UHGV virus genome: UHGV-0147904
Reading direction: 5' to 3' (one strand)
Source: a virus
DNA length: 64,000 nt
A model generated the notes under the pieces. It had not been told where the DNA came from. It made no database searches and was given only the letters and a program-made list of their open reading frames with translations. Below, piece after piece: positions 13,173 through 22,832 of the stretch (within the stretch, counting starts at the first letter, position 1; every line of letters starts with the position of its first letter). Both the position numbers and the translations under genes were made by a program.

Positions 13173-13213
13173 GTTGTGGGTTTACGCAGAAAGTAACAAA
13201 TAACCTTCGTAGG

Positions 13214-13855
13214 TTATAGAATATTATTCTTTCCGGTGAGTATTCCTTGAGGAACTCTAGCGCATCCCATAATTTGAGTTTTCTTGATGATGTTTATATA
13301 TGACGCTATCAGCGATGAGTCATCACGACTATCCACTTCAGAAGCCATTGCCCTGATGTACTCGGCGCTGGCAACGTTGTTGTATTCCGTCGCAAAGCAA
13401 CATAGTAACGTCAGAACATGCTCTGTCGTTATTTCGCTCCAGTTGATGTTGAAAAATTCATCGCCTTTTTTATCGTGTTCGGAATCGAAGATGCTTTGGT
13501 GGAGGATGTATTTGCCGGATTCCTTGCGCGGTAACTTGATCGCTTTCTGGCGTTCCAGCTCCTTGTAAATCTGCATTGCTTCAATCAGTACCGGCCTGCC
13601 GTTCATGAAGGGATCGCGCAACCTTACACGCTGGCCAACTCGACCAGTAATAAAGCTGTTTTCCTCTTCCACCAGCACGATAAAACCCTTTTCCTCTTTT
13701 TCTCGCAATTCGCGCAGCAGCTGGAGTTCCATATCGCGGCGGCGTTCAGGGTAGCTGGTCCGCTCAGCCATTATCAGCTCGTTATTGATCCATGCAGCAG
13801 TCATTGACGCCGGTTTGCCGACGCTCATCGAAACAACGCATATTTTCTTATCCAT
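13214..13855 (-). CDS. Particle maturation protein-like (P1 mat position)
   Basis: ORF trimmed to the internal Met MDKKICVV... with AGGGGG ribosome-binding site; lies downstream of ref as in P1; name by synteny. Confidence 0.45.
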   Translation of the reverse strand: MDKKICVVSMSVGKPASMTAAWINNELIMAERTSYPERRRDMELQLLRELREKEEKGFIVLVEEENSFITGRVGQRVRLRDPFMNGRPVLIEAMQIYKELERQKAIKLPRKESGKYILHQSIFDSEHDKKGDEFFNINWSEITTEHVLTLLCCFATEYNNVASAEYIRAMASEVDSRDDSSLIASYINIIKKTQIMGCARVPQGILTGKNNIL

Positions 13856-14044
13856 AGCGCCCCCTACAAAAAAGAAAAGCCACCAGCGGCGGCTTAGCAA
13901 TACAACTGAAGGTAGCGCCCGGTACTCAGACTGTGCCGTCCATGGAATATTTGAAAAGGGATCCATCCGTACCGGGCGTGTGATGATTCTGACTGAAGTC
14001 ACTTGTCAGTTGTCAATCATTTATCATTAAAAATAATATATTTA

Positions 14045-14605
14045 TTAGTGCATGATGTTTGCCATCTCATAGGCGTCAGCCAGTAACTCCATCTCTGACT
14101 TGTTCAGCAAGGTGAATTCTTTCTTGCCTCCAACCACACCATCGGCATGAACAGGGACCAGCCAGGGGTATTTTTCTCTTACTTCAGCCGGTGCTGCATG
14201 CTGGTGGTGCCATCTACAAAGTGGCAACTGCTTTTTGTGACAACCCGGCGCGGTACGACCGGAGATATGGTGCAGAGACACCTCTTCAGATATTACTCCA
14301 TGCATATAGCAGGCAATGCAGGGGAGAGCGCCAAGAGCATTGGCTATACGCCGTTCCTCCGCCGTCGGTGTTCGTCCCTTCAAGCCACGAGATTTTATTT
14401 TTACCGCACTTTTCCGCGTTTTGCTGGCTGGTGGGCGCTCTTTCTGTTTAGCGATACGGCGGTCGATAGAATCCCGCATTTTCTGATATTGCGATTCTCG
14501 CCAGGCGGGGTCAGCCAACTTTTCCCGTTGCCGAGCGATCGCTCGTTCTCTGGCTGCCTTCTGCCACTCGCGGCGCTGTTCAAGTTTTTGTTCGATTGTT
14601 TTCAT
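14045..14605 (-). CDS. ref: Ref, HNH-type recombination enhancement endonuclease
   Basis: 186 aa from internal Met (MKTIEQKLEQ...), matching P1 Ref length; Cys/His-rich HNH-like core CIACYMHGV...LHHISG...CRWHHQH; basic N-terminus. Confidence 0.8.
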   Translation of the reverse strand: MKTIEQKLEQRREWQKAARERAIARQREKLADPAWRESQYQKMRDSIDRRIAKQKERPPASKTRKSAVKIKSRGLKGRTPTAEERRIANALGALPCIACYMHGVISEEVSLHHISGRTAPGCHKKQLPLCRWHHQHAAPAEVREKYPWLVPVHADGVVGGKKEFTLLNKSEMELLADAYEMANIMH

Positions 14606-14606
14606 A

Positions 14607-14640
14607 TGGCAAAAAAAAGGCGGCCTAATGGCCGCCAATG
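14607..14640 (-). terminator. Terminator-like hairpin plus T8 run in the ref leader
   Basis: On the minus strand: ggcggcc atta ggccgcc then tttttttt, ending 2 nt before the ref ATG. Confidence 0.45.
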
Positions 14641-14703
14641 ATGTCAAGGAGTGAAGTAATGGCAACGTCTTCGTAGTTGACAAAAACTGCGGCTCAATTA
14701 TAG

Positions 14704-14720
14704 CAATCAATTAGAGCAAT
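14704..14720. promoter_or_regulatory. C1 operator-like 17-mer upstream of ref
   Basis: caatcaattagagcaat, about 100 bp upstream of the ref start; ref is C1-repressed in P1. Confidence 0.55.
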
Positions 14721-14850
14721 GGTAGATATTTTATTTATCGCGAATCACATTTTTTCACTTCAGTACCTGTGTGCTATACTCCTTCTTGATTGATTGGATG
14801 CGGAATACAAACCCGCTCTTTTGTGCAGCCTGGCTCCTTGCCAGGCTTTT

Positions 14851-15162
14851 TTATTTCATCATGGAAGCTGTTAACGCTTTGGATCTTGCTGAACTGATTG
14901 AAAGGGCATTGTTTACCTTACCCAGGAGTTCGCCAAATTCCGCCATCACTCTAGTAAGCCCGCGCCGCGCTTCCTCCTCCGTTGCATTCATCACAAAATG
15001 TTCAGCACTCCGCATGCTTTTAACGGGGAACGCAACAGATATCGAGTCGATATCAGGCATCCTATCGCTCAACTTTACGGTGACAATGACAGATGGTGAC
15101 TGAATTTGAGAGCTTACAGACAGCACCACATATTTTCCGTCTATTTTGAAATCCTTCCGCAT
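14851..15162 (-). CDS. Small protein immediately downstream of cre (P1 cra position)
   Basis: 103-aa ORF between cre and ref on the same strand; name by synteny. Confidence 0.45.
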   Translation of the reverse strand: MRKDFKIDGKYVVLSVSSQIQSPSVIVTVKLSDRMPDIDSISVAFPVKSMRSAEHFVMNATEEEARRGLTRVMAEFGELLGKVNNALSISSARSKALTASMMK

Positions 15163-15178
15163 GTGTCACCATAAATAT

Positions 15179-15195
15179 CAAATAATTAGAGCAAT
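15179..15195. promoter_or_regulatory. C1 operator-like 17-mer between cre and the cra-like gene
   Basis: caaataattagagcaat. Confidence 0.5.
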
Positions 15196-15212
15196 CAAGC
15201 GTAAATAAACGG

Positions 15213-16244
15213 CTAGTCGCCATCTTCCAGCAGACGCACCATTGCCCCCGTTTCACTATCCAGGTTACGAATGTAGTTCATGACAATATTTACGTTGGTC
15301 CAGCCACCAGCTTGCATGATCTCCGGTATTGAAACTCCGGCGCGGGCCATATCTCGCGCGGCACCGACACGGGCACTATGTCCAGACCAGGCCAGGTATC
15401 GCTGACCAGAGTCATCTTTTGCCCCGTAAATCAATCGGTGAGTTGCTTCAAAAATCCCTTCCAAGGCGCGAGTTGATAGCTGGCTGGTGGATGATGGCGC
15501 GGCAACACCATTTTTTCTGACCCGGCAAAACAGGTAGTTATTCGGATCATCAGCTACACCAGAGACGGAAATCCATCGCTCGACCAGTTTAGTTACCCCC
15601 AGGCTAAGTGCCTTCTCTACACCTGCGGTACTAACCAGCGTTTTCGTTCTGCCAATATGGATTAACATTCTCCCACCGTCAGTACGTGAGATATCTTTAA
15701 CCCTGATCCTGGCAATTTCGGCTATACGTAACAGGGTGTTATAAGCAATCCCCAGAAATGCCAGATTACGTATATCCTGGCAGCGATCGCTATTTTCCAT
15801 GAGTGAACGAACCTGGTCGAAATCAGTGCGTTCGAACGCTAGAGCCTGTTTTGCACGTTCACCGGCATCAACGTTTTCTTTTCGGATCCGCCGCATAACC
15901 AGTGAAACAGCATTGCTGTCACTTGGTCGTGGCAGCCCGGACCGACGATGAAGCATGTTTAGCTGGCCCAAATGTTGCTGGATAGTTTTTACTGCCAGAC
16001 CGCGCGCCTGAAGATATAGAAGATAATCGCGAACATCTTCAGGTTCTGCGGGAAACCATTTCCGGTTATTCAACTTGCACCATGCCGCCCACGACCGGCA
16101 AACGGACAGAAGCATTTTCCAGGTATGCTCAGAAAACGCCTGGCGATCCCTGAACATGTCCATCAGGTTCTTGCGAACCTCATCACTCGTTGCATCGACC
16201 GGTAATGCAGGCAAATTTTGGTGTACGGTCAGTAAATTGGACAT
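15213..16244 (-). CDS. cre: Cre tyrosine site-specific recombinase
   Basis: 343-aa translation MSNLLTVHQNLPALPVDATSDEVRKNLMDMFRDRQAFSEHTWKMLLSVCRSWAAWCKLNNRKWFPAEPEDVRDYLLYLQARGLAVKTIQQHLGQLNMLHRRSGLPRPSDSNAVSLVMRRIRKENVDAGERAKQALAFERTDFDQVRSLMENSDRCQDIRNLAFLGIAYNTLLRIAEIARIRVKDISRTDGGRMLIHIGRTKTLVSTAGVEKALSLGVTKLVERWISVSGVADDPNNYLFCRVRKNGVAAPSSTSQLSTRALEGIFEATHRLIYGAKDDSGQRYLAWSGHSARVGAARDMARAGVSIPEIMQAGGWTNVNIVMNYIRNLDSETGAMVRLLEDGD matches my memory of P1 Cre essentially throughout, differing at no more than a few residues (not verified by alignment); loxP lies 420 bp upstream. Confidence 0.97.
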   Translation of the reverse strand: MSNLLTVHQNLPALPVDATSDEVRKNLMDMFRDRQAFSEHTWKMLLSVCRSWAAWCKLNNRKWFPAEPEDVRDYLLYLQARGLAVKTIQQHLGQLNMLHRRSGLPRPSDSNAVSLVMRRIRKENVDAGERAKQALAFERTDFDQVRSLMENSDRCQDIRNLAFLGIAYNTLLRIAEIARIRVKDISRTDGGRMLIHIGRTKTLVSTAGVEKALSLGVTKLVERWISVSGVADDPNNYLFCRVRKNGVAAPSSTSQLSTRALEGIFEATHRLIYGAKDDSGQRYLAWSGHSARVGAARDMARAGVSIPEIMQAGGWTNVNIVMNYIRNLDSETGAMVRLLEDGD

Positions 16245-16589
16245 TTAACACTCAGATAATAGTTTTAAGTAAAGTGTACAGGATTGGCTCTGCCTTTACC
16301 TGTTTATGGTTCTCGTCATAGAAACGCCAGCGACCGCGCGTGCGTTCTATTTTCTCTTCACCGCGCGATAATGACAGTTGGCAACTATCACGATCAAACC
16401 CTTTTGCCCGCCAGTAACCACGGTTTTTCTCAAGCTCAAGATGAGTGGACACTTTAGCAGCTGAATATCCCATTTTTCACCTCTGATTGATTGGTGGTGC
16501 TAAGTGCGCTACGCGAAATCTGGAGCACTAACACTGCCAACATTTCGCAGATTTTACGTAGCGCAACCTTGATCAAATGATCAAGTGAT

Positions 16590-16650
16590 CACTATTTAAC
16601 CTGATAAGGTATTGAACTGTATGGATTTACAGGTAAATTGATCATGTTCA
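16590..16650. promoter_or_regulatory. GATC-rich cre upstream region, probably Dam-sensitive promoter
   Basis: ttgatcaaatgatcaagtgatcact carries three GATC sites within 25 bp between loxP and cre. Confidence 0.4.
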
Positions 16651-16662
16651 ATAACCCTTAAG

Positions 16663-16696
16663 ATAACTTCGTATAATGTATGCTATACGAAGTTAT
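16663..16696. other. loxP: loxP, Cre recombination site
   Basis: Exact 34-bp ATAACTTCGTATA ATGTATGC TATACGAAGTTAT: 13-bp inverted repeats flanking the 8-bp asymmetric spacer. Confidence 0.98.
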
Positions 16697-16739
16697 TAGG
16701 TCCGAAGAGGAGTTTACGTCCAGCTGCGCATAAAAATCA

Positions 16740-16756
16740 AGAATTATTAGAGCAAT
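16740..16756. promoter_or_regulatory. C1 operator 17-mer
   Basis: agaattattagagcaat in the loxP-coi interval. Confidence 0.55.
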
Positions 16757-16822
16757 AAATTTTGAGAGAAAAATCCCACTCCACCAGCCAAAAACTGGAT
16801 TGTTTTTCATAGTTGTTTGACA

Positions 16823-16839
16823 ATTGCTCTAATAAATTA
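16823..16839. promoter_or_regulatory. C1 operator 17-mer, forward orientation
   Basis: attgctctaataaatta, one mismatch to consensus; upstream of coi/c1. Confidence 0.6.
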
Positions 16840-17077
16840 TAGTTTTGCCGCCGTTTCGTAATACGACTTTGGATTCACTATTTAATGTGTCTTCAGCGTT
16901 GTAGAGCGGCTCAGAAGGAAATGAGCAAACAGGGAAACCTTATACAACGGCATTACAGCTATGCATTGCTCATCTTACACACAGCGCAATGTTGTTAGAT
17001 TACCCCAGCATGGATCATGGGTGAAACAGTAGGTCAGAGCTTCAGGCTCTGTGTTGTCAATACAGTGAGGCATAATT

Positions 17078-17287
17078 ATGGCTTTCATTCCACCAACCAT
17101 CGACGACGTTAGACATTGCTCTAACGCTTTATCTGTAGACCCCGCCGAAACCGACGCTGCCCGCGCCATTGCTGAACACTACTCAAAGATATCCAATCAG
17201 GAGTACCGCATCACCCAAGACGACCTGGATGATCTCACTGACACAATCGAATATCTCATGGCCACTAACCAGCCAGACTCACAATAA
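17078..17287 (+). CDS. coi: Coi, C1-inactivator protein
   Basis: 69-aa ORF immediately upstream of c1, same strand; size matches P1 Coi. Confidence 0.8.
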   Translation: MAFIPPTIDDVRHCSNALSVDPAETDAARAIAEHYSKISNQEYRITQDDLDDLTDTIEYLMATNQPDSQ

Positions 17288-17330
17288 ATGCACTAATAAA
17301 TCTATTATTTTCGTTGGATCCTTCTATAAT

Positions 17331-17373
17331 GGTGGCCAACAACTCCCAGTGTAATCCGCTGTGAGTTGTTGGC
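17331..17373. other. Perfect 13-bp inverted repeat between coi and c1
   Basis: tggccaacaactc ... gagttgttggcca with a 17-nt loop, about 25 nt upstream of the c1 ATG. Confidence 0.5.
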
Positions 17374-17397
17374 CATGTCAATTCTGGAGGAGGATCA

Positions 17398-18249
17398 ATG
17401 ATAAATTATGTCTACGGCGAACAACTGTACCAGGAGTTCGTCAGCTTCAGGGATCTCTTTCTAAAAAAAGCTGTTGCACGCGCCCAACACGTTGATGCCG
17501 CCAGCGACGGTCGTCCTGTACGCCCGGTTGTCGTTCTGCCGTTCAAAGAAACTGACAGCATTCAGGCTGAAATTGATAAATGGACTTTAATGGCGCGGGA
17601 ACTGGAACAGTACCCAGACCTCAATATCCCAAAGACTATTTTATATCCAGTGCCTAACATCCTTCGCGGTGTGCGTAAGGTTACGACTTATCAGACAGAA
17701 GCTGTGAACAGCGTCAACATGACCGCTGGCCGCATTATTCATCTGATTGATAAGGACATTCGCATCCAGAAAAGCGCAGGGATCAATGAGCACAGTGCGA
17801 AATACATAGAGAACCTGGAAGCAACAAAAGAGCTAATGAAGCAGTACCCGGAGGATGAAAAATTCCGTATGCGCGTACACGGCTTTAGCGAAACAATGCT
17901 GCGCGTCCATTACATTTCTAGTAGCCCTAACTACAATGATGGTAAATCAGTTAGTTACCATGTGCCGCTATGTGGTGTGTTTATCTGCGATGAAACTCTC
18001 CGTGATGGAATTATCATCAACGGTGAATTCGAGAAAGCAAAATTTAGCCTTTATGACTCTATAGAACCGATCATCTGCGACCGCTGGCCGCAGGCAAAAA
18101 TATATCGCCTGGCAGATATTGAAAATGTAAAAAAACAAATTGCCATCACTCGCGAAGAGAAAAAGGTCAAATCAGCCGCATCAGTTACGCGCAGCCGTAA
18201 AACTAAGAAAGGGCAGCCAGTAAACGACAACCCCGAAAGCGCGCAATAG
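17398..18249 (+). CDS. c1: C1 repressor of lysis
   Basis: 283 aa beginning MINYVYGEQLYQEF..., matching P1 C1 length and N-terminus as recalled; GGAGGAGG ribosome-binding site; position next to coi/loxP. Confidence 0.9.
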   Translation: MINYVYGEQLYQEFVSFRDLFLKKAVARAQHVDAASDGRPVRPVVVLPFKETDSIQAEIDKWTLMARELEQYPDLNIPKTILYPVPNILRGVRKVTTYQTEAVNSVNMTAGRIIHLIDKDIRIQKSAGINEHSAKYIENLEATKELMKQYPEDEKFRMRVHGFSETMLRVHYISSSPNYNDGKSVSYHVPLCGVFICDETLRDGIIINGEFEKAKFSLYDSIEPIICDRWPQAKIYRLADIENVKKQIAITREEKKVKSAASVTRSRKTKKGQPVNDNPESAQ

Positions 18250-18273
18250 TTTCCATCCGGCATGGTCAATGAG

Positions 18274-19758
18274 TTATTCATTAAGCCATGCCAGAGCTTC
18301 ATCAACCTGCGCTTCGTCTTCGACGCTAAGCACTTCATCCTGGGGAACATAATCCGCCAGCATAGCGAAACAATATGTATCCCAATGGTCTGGTGAGTGC
18401 AGGTTGAGTTTTTTCTTCATATCCTCCTTACTCATCACCTTCCATTGACCTGCGGAGTTAATCCCTACAGGGATTTTCGACGCTTCCTCAATAGTTTCAT
18501 TACCCTTATCCAGTCTCATACGACCAGATTTTACGGCCTCTGCGGCTTGAACGTTGGCATAAGCACGTTTATCAAAGTACAGGCTCTTATCTTCACGGCT
18601 ATGCATCTTTTTACCCCAGCGTATACGCTGTACGGTAATACCATAATACTCGTACATCAGATCTGCCGTTGCTTTACCCAGCCCATCGCCGTCTATCGCT
18701 ATGGTGATATTTGGGAATCGCTCAGGATTACATTCTGCGAAAATTTTGGCGGCAAGCTGCGTTTCTGTAACGTCTGTGTATTCCAGCATTCGATAGTTGA
18801 TTACACGGCGTTTATTTCTCTGGCCGGACACCATCATGATATTGATAACGGACTTATCCCGTCCCGTACCACCAGCAACGTCCACACATGCAAGCCAGCC
18901 CCATCCTTTGGCAATCTTGACTTTCCGCCGCGTCGCACGTTCAACCTCATCACGTCCAAGAAGGAAGCCATCCTGTGATTTAGGGAATAGTCCGCGTACC
19001 TTAATCATGTACATAGGGTTATCACGCCCGCCGTACTCCGCCAGCTTCATTTTGATAAATGCTGGCGTTACCAGCGGTGATTCCTCACTGTTAAGCGTGA
19101 TCGCCGTATAAACGCCATCAGGGTTACCAGGACGCTTGGCCAGTTTATGGTGAGTATCGTAGAAATAGCCGCTTGGGCGTGTAGGCTGTGACAGTAATAA
19201 GATGCGGTTATCCTGTCCGGTAAGAGCACCGGTGATGATACCGAAAGCTCTATCACTGACACCGGAGGCTTCATCGATAATATACAGAAGATGATCTGCG
19301 TGTTCACCGGCGAGAGCTTCTTCACTTCCCAGACGAAAGCCCTTCGGTACTACAGTCCATACACCTTTACCAGTAACCTCATAGAAAGCGGTTTCTGTCA
19401 GAACAAAATAATCAGCAAGCCATGGAAAACGGCTGGTGGCAGTAGCCCAGTTTATCTTGATGTACTTGAATATACCGGTCATTACCTGCTGAATTTTGTT
19501 CGCAACGATAATGGCGCGGGCACCGGGATACATGATTATGAACAACATGATCATGATAGAAGTCATGTCTGATTTCCCGGTACCGTGACCAGACGAAACA
19601 GATGTCTTGCTACCCTGTTCCTGCACAGACTCAATAATCAGATCCTGCTGCCAGGTAGGTGTTTTGCCGAACAAAACATCAGCGGCAGCAATCCAGTCAT
19701 AACGATATAGCGCCACCAGCTCGCGCCAACGTGGATCCGTTACGCAACTTCTGGCCAT
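18274..19758 (-). CDS. pacB: PacB, terminase large subunit
   Basis: 494-aa ORF immediately downstream of pacA; size matches P1 PacB. Confidence 0.8.
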   Translation of the reverse strand: MARSCVTDPRWRELVALYRYDWIAAADVLFGKTPTWQQDLIIESVQEQGSKTSVSSGHGTGKSDMTSIMIMLFIIMYPGARAIIVANKIQQVMTGIFKYIKINWATATSRFPWLADYFVLTETAFYEVTGKGVWTVVPKGFRLGSEEALAGEHADHLLYIIDEASGVSDRAFGIITGALTGQDNRILLLSQPTRPSGYFYDTHHKLAKRPGNPDGVYTAITLNSEESPLVTPAFIKMKLAEYGGRDNPMYMIKVRGLFPKSQDGFLLGRDEVERATRRKVKIAKGWGWLACVDVAGGTGRDKSVINIMMVSGQRNKRRVINYRMLEYTDVTETQLAAKIFAECNPERFPNITIAIDGDGLGKATADLMYEYYGITVQRIRWGKKMHSREDKSLYFDKRAYANVQAAEAVKSGRMRLDKGNETIEEASKIPVGINSAGQWKVMSKEDMKKKLNLHSPDHWDTYCFAMLADYVPQDEVLSVEDEAQVDEALAWLNE

Positions 19759-20951
19759 TAATCATCATCCCCGTATAGCTTGCGGGTAACTTCTTCGTCT
19801 TCCTCCTCGTCTTCGTCCAGGTCTTGTTCCAGCCATGGGTCGTTTGATACACCTTCAGTATCAACATCTCCATAACCGCCTGTATCAACGATATCGGCGA
19901 TTTCTTCCCTACGCTGCTCAATCCACAATGCGGCATCGGCGCGGCGGTTGGCGGCCCGTTCTCGCGCAACTTTGTCCAGATCTTCAAGAGAAGGGCCACC
20001 GACGGCTGTTTGCCTTTCCTCATCATCGGTATTGGTCTTAGGAGCACGCAGATCGGCTTTGATTTGCTCCAGCATCAGGGGCGGCACTTTTCCGCCATGC
20101 GCCTCGATGAATTCAGCTGCTTCCAGCACTGACCAGTTATTTTCACGCTTTCGTTCGTATGCCAGCTTAACAATGCCAGCTTGCCCCATAGATAAAGCGT
20201 GCTTTTCCGCCTCCCGGCTTTCTTTTCGATAGTTATTCCGGATGCTGTAAATGGTGTTGATCAGGCTGCTTATCTGCGCGGAACAGCTGTTTAGCATGCT
20301 CGCGATACGATATTCAGGCGGAGTCCCTTCATCATCGTCTTTTTGCTGATCGCGCATTTCCTGCACCAGACGAATACACGTATCCCTGGCGTTCTCCAGC
20401 ATAAGGAGATGAGAAAGAGACTTTTCCAGAAGAGTGGTTTCCAGAACATCGGCCCCGGACCGACGCAACATAGCGCGCGCGGCCTTCCGCGCTTCAACGT
20501 TATCTATCAGGTAATCGCCAGCTTCGAATTCAAAGCGTTCACCATCATCATCCAGGGTGTCGCGTTCCAGGCGATCACGTAAGGTCCGGTGGGCGCGGGT
20601 GATCACGTCATGATCATCAGAACGATCATTTATGCGCTTATTTTGGCGCTTCGCATTCTCGACTGCGGCACTGACAACGGCATTAACCCTTTGTTTTTCT
20701 GCTATTTCAGCCGCAATGTGATCACCTGCATGTTGATCATTAGAGTGATCAATGATCATGCTTTTTAGTGGCTTCCTGACTGGCTTATTTGGCTTGCGGC
20801 TGTCCGCTGTCCTGGTGTCTTCTTTGAAGGCACGGAGATAACGACGTGCAGTATTAGGGTTAAGATTAAACTCGGCGGCATACTGTGCGATGGTGTAACC
20901 ACCATCTCGCGCCAGGCGAGCAAAATTCTTCTTGTGATCGTCCCAGGTCAC
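19758..20951 (-). CDS. pacA: PacA, terminase pac-recognition subunit
   Basis: 397-aa ORF containing the GATC-hexamer pac site in its 5' third; acidic C-terminus. Confidence 0.8.
   Translation of the reverse strand: MTWDDHKKNFARLARDGGYTIAQYAAEFNLNPNTARRYLRAFKEDTRTADSRKPNKPVRKPLKSMIIDHSNDQHAGDHIAAEIAEKQRVNAVVSAAVENAKRQNKRINDRSDDHDVITRAHRTLRDRLERDTLDDDGERFEFEAGDYLIDNVEARKAARAMLRRSGADVLETTLLEKSLSHLLMLENARDTCIRLVQEMRDQQKDDDEGTPPEYRIASMLNSCSAQISSLINTIYSIRNNYRKESREAEKHALSMGQAGIVKLAYERKRENNWSVLEAAEFIEAHGGKVPPLMLEQIKADLRAPKTNTDDEERQTAVGGPSLEDLDKVARERAANRRADAALWIEQRREEIADIVDTGGYGDVDTEGVSNDPWLEQDLDEDEEEDEEVTRKLYGDDD
20598..20760. promoter_or_regulatory. pac: pac packaging site with clustered Dam sites
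   Basis: Two clusters of TGATCA/TGATCG hexamers (three at 20600-20630, four at 20718-20760), seven GATC sites in about 160 bp inside pacA. Confidence 0.7.
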
Positions 20952-21036
20952 TTATGCTTCCTTTCGTAAAAACTCTTTTTGACGCGAGGGTAACGAAAGT
21001 CACATGTCAAAAGGCCCGGAACGGGCAAGCAATCAA

Positions 21037-21489
21037 TCAGATACGTGCGGATGTGGCATTACCGTAATGACGGTGCTGACGGGCCACCTTATTGAAAAGT
21101 TGACGCGCCATTACCCAAGGCTGGTGCTCCCGGCGTTCCTTTTCGTCCTGCGTCATATAGAGTTCGTTCTGGAGTTTTTCATCAAACCGGCGCGGAGCGC
21201 GGCTACGGCGAAAGAATTCAGGATTCAGAGAGTGGATCTGAAATCTACGTGGGCGTGTACTGTCATCAATCAAAACAGACGAATACTTAGACACAGCGAT
21301 AGCCTTTAAGCGCAGATAAACATCGCGCTTATCGACATCCAGATGCGGGTATTCCTTTTCAAGAATTGCTGCGAGTTCTTTCGCTGATAGAAGAGATTTA
21401 GTGCGGATCATGTAATCCGCAATCTCGTACGATGTTATTCGTGAGTGATTTATTTCCATGAAGTGGCGTCCCTGCCAGTTAAGTAACAT
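21037..21489 (-). CDS. lpa: Lpa, late promoter activator
   Basis: 150-aa ORF between pacA and the doc/phd module; size and position match P1 Lpa (gene 10). Confidence 0.7.
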   Translation of the reverse strand: MLLNWQGRHFMEINHSRITSYEIADYMIRTKSLLSAKELAAILEKEYPHLDVDKRDVYLRLKAIAVSKYSSVLIDDSTRPRRFQIHSLNPEFFRRSRAPRRFDEKLQNELYMTQDEKERREHQPWVMARQLFNKVARQHRHYGNATSARI

Positions 21490-21559
21490 CCTGTCACCTA
21501 CTGATTAGCCCATGTCAACTAATCAACGTGGAATATAATACCCTCGATTAAAGAAATAG

Positions 21560-21576
21560 CAATACATTAGAGCAAT
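21560..21576. promoter_or_regulatory. C1 operator-like 17-mer
   Basis: caatacattagagcaat between lpa and the upstream gene. Confidence 0.45.
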
Positions 21577-21577
21577 T

Positions 21578-22621
21578 TTATCTAACGCTCGACGAGTGAC
21601 TTGTGATAGCGCCGACTCCAAGCGCGTAATCAAAGAACAATCGTTGATGCATCGCCAGCCTACCGTGCGTCTTCTCCCAATTATCGCGGTCACGCTCAAT
21701 ATCACGCTGGCATGACTGGCACAGAGGAATAGCATAAATGTCATGCGCGCATAATCGACTATGACGAACGATATAAGGCGTAATGTGAGCGCCAGCTCCC
21801 GCAGCTCCACAGCCACAGCATGGACGGGAAGCCACAAAGTCCATGTACTCGGGCAATTTTAGCGATTGAAGTTTTGGTATTTTGAAATGCGCCATACCTG
21901 GGTCGGAGTCAACATCCACAGGGCATACTTTTGCACGCATCGGCGCGGCGCGTTCTTCCATCATCTGAACATATGCTGTAGCGCGATCGTCATACGGGCG
22001 AATATCCGCCTCTTTCAGAGGTCCGCTATCCTGCGGAGTAGCCTTCATCTTATTTATTGATATGCGGCAGACTTCTTCCGGCATCAGGTGCATCATGTTG
22101 CGCATGAAAGCCCACCAGCACAGCTCCTGAATACTTAAATCATGGCTATTTGAAAGGCCCATTTCCTGACGGGCGACATCCAGTATCCAGTTAACGCGAT
22201 TATTGTGCAGCGTTTCTTTCAGCTCATTAAAACCACGCATCCGGTAATGGTTATCGTGATGCCAGCACAACAACACCGCGCTATTGTCTCGTTCAGCGTG
22301 GACAATATGGTTGTCACACCAACTACGATCTGCGGCCTGGCATTGACCCTCTTTCCTACGCAACCACGCCACCAGCGCGTCAATTCCACCAATACGGCGA
22401 AACAGTTCATCGCTGTTAAAAAACGGCTGCAACGCCTCATTTGTTGCCATGGTTTGCTCGGTAACAACGAGGCCGTCTTCCATGTGCTCGATTAACTCAC
22501 GCGGCACCGGCTCCATGATAAATTTACGGCCAGCCTCCACCAGTTTTCTGACCTCCTGATCCACTTTGAACGTGGCGAGGCCAAGCTCTTTCTGTACAAA
22601 GGGAGTAATTACGGCTTTCAC
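21578..22621 (-). CDS. Cys/His-rich hypothetical protein (P1 pdcB position)
   Basis: 347-aa ORF downstream of doc on the same strand; CxxC and His clusters near the C-terminus. Confidence 0.45.
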   Translation of the reverse strand: MKAVITPFVQKELGLATFKVDQEVRKLVEAGRKFIMEPVPRELIEHMEDGLVVTEQTMATNEALQPFFNSDELFRRIGGIDALVAWLRRKEGQCQAADRSWCDNHIVHAERDNSAVLLCWHHDNHYRMRGFNELKETLHNNRVNWILDVARQEMGLSNSHDLSIQELCWWAFMRNMMHLMPEEVCRISINKMKATPQDSGPLKEADIRPYDDRATAYVQMMEERAAPMRAKVCPVDVDSDPGMAHFKIPKLQSLKLPEYMDFVASRPCCGCGAAGAGAHITPYIVRHSRLCAHDIYAIPLCQSCQRDIERDRDNWEKTHGRLAMHQRLFFDYALGVGAITSHSSSVR

Positions 22622-22648
22622 ATCACACCTTTAATCACTGATTGGGCT

Positions 22649-22828
22649 TTATCTGCTGCCCGGCATTCTCTGTTTAAGCACAACCATTTCCTGACGGCAT
22701 AACACAGCAATAGCGGTCCTGACTCCAATTTGCTTACCAAGCAGGTATTGCTTTACCTTGCGGCGACTCACGCCATCAAGAAGCATCTTTAACGCTTCAA
22801 GGGACAATTTGTTGTATTTGCGTGCCAT
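22649..22828 (-). CDS. Small basic putative DNA-binding protein (P1 pdcA position)
   Basis: 59 aa from internal Met (MARKYNKLSLEALKML...), 4 nt after the doc stop. Confidence 0.35.
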   Translation of the reverse strand: MARKYNKLSLEALKMLLDGVSRRKVKQYLLGKQIGVRTAIAVLCRQEMVVLKQRMPGSR

Positions 22829-22832
22829 TAAT

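Noticed and set aside
12024-13213. IS1 or another transposase, or remnants of res/mod, at the P1 restriction locus
   Set aside because: No transposase-like ORF, no terminal inverted repeats of IS type, and no methyltransferase or helicase motifs in this interval; the classical P1 content is absent rather than degraded.
16252-16473. 73-aa ORF in the loxP-cre leader
   Set aside because: Lies in the region that carries the cre promoters and GATC sites; no ribosome-binding site; probably non-coding.
21523-21837. 104-aa minus-strand ORF overlapping the 3' end of the pdcB-like gene
   Set aside because: Entirely overlapped by a longer ORF in another frame on the same strand; spans a C1 operator; likely artefact.
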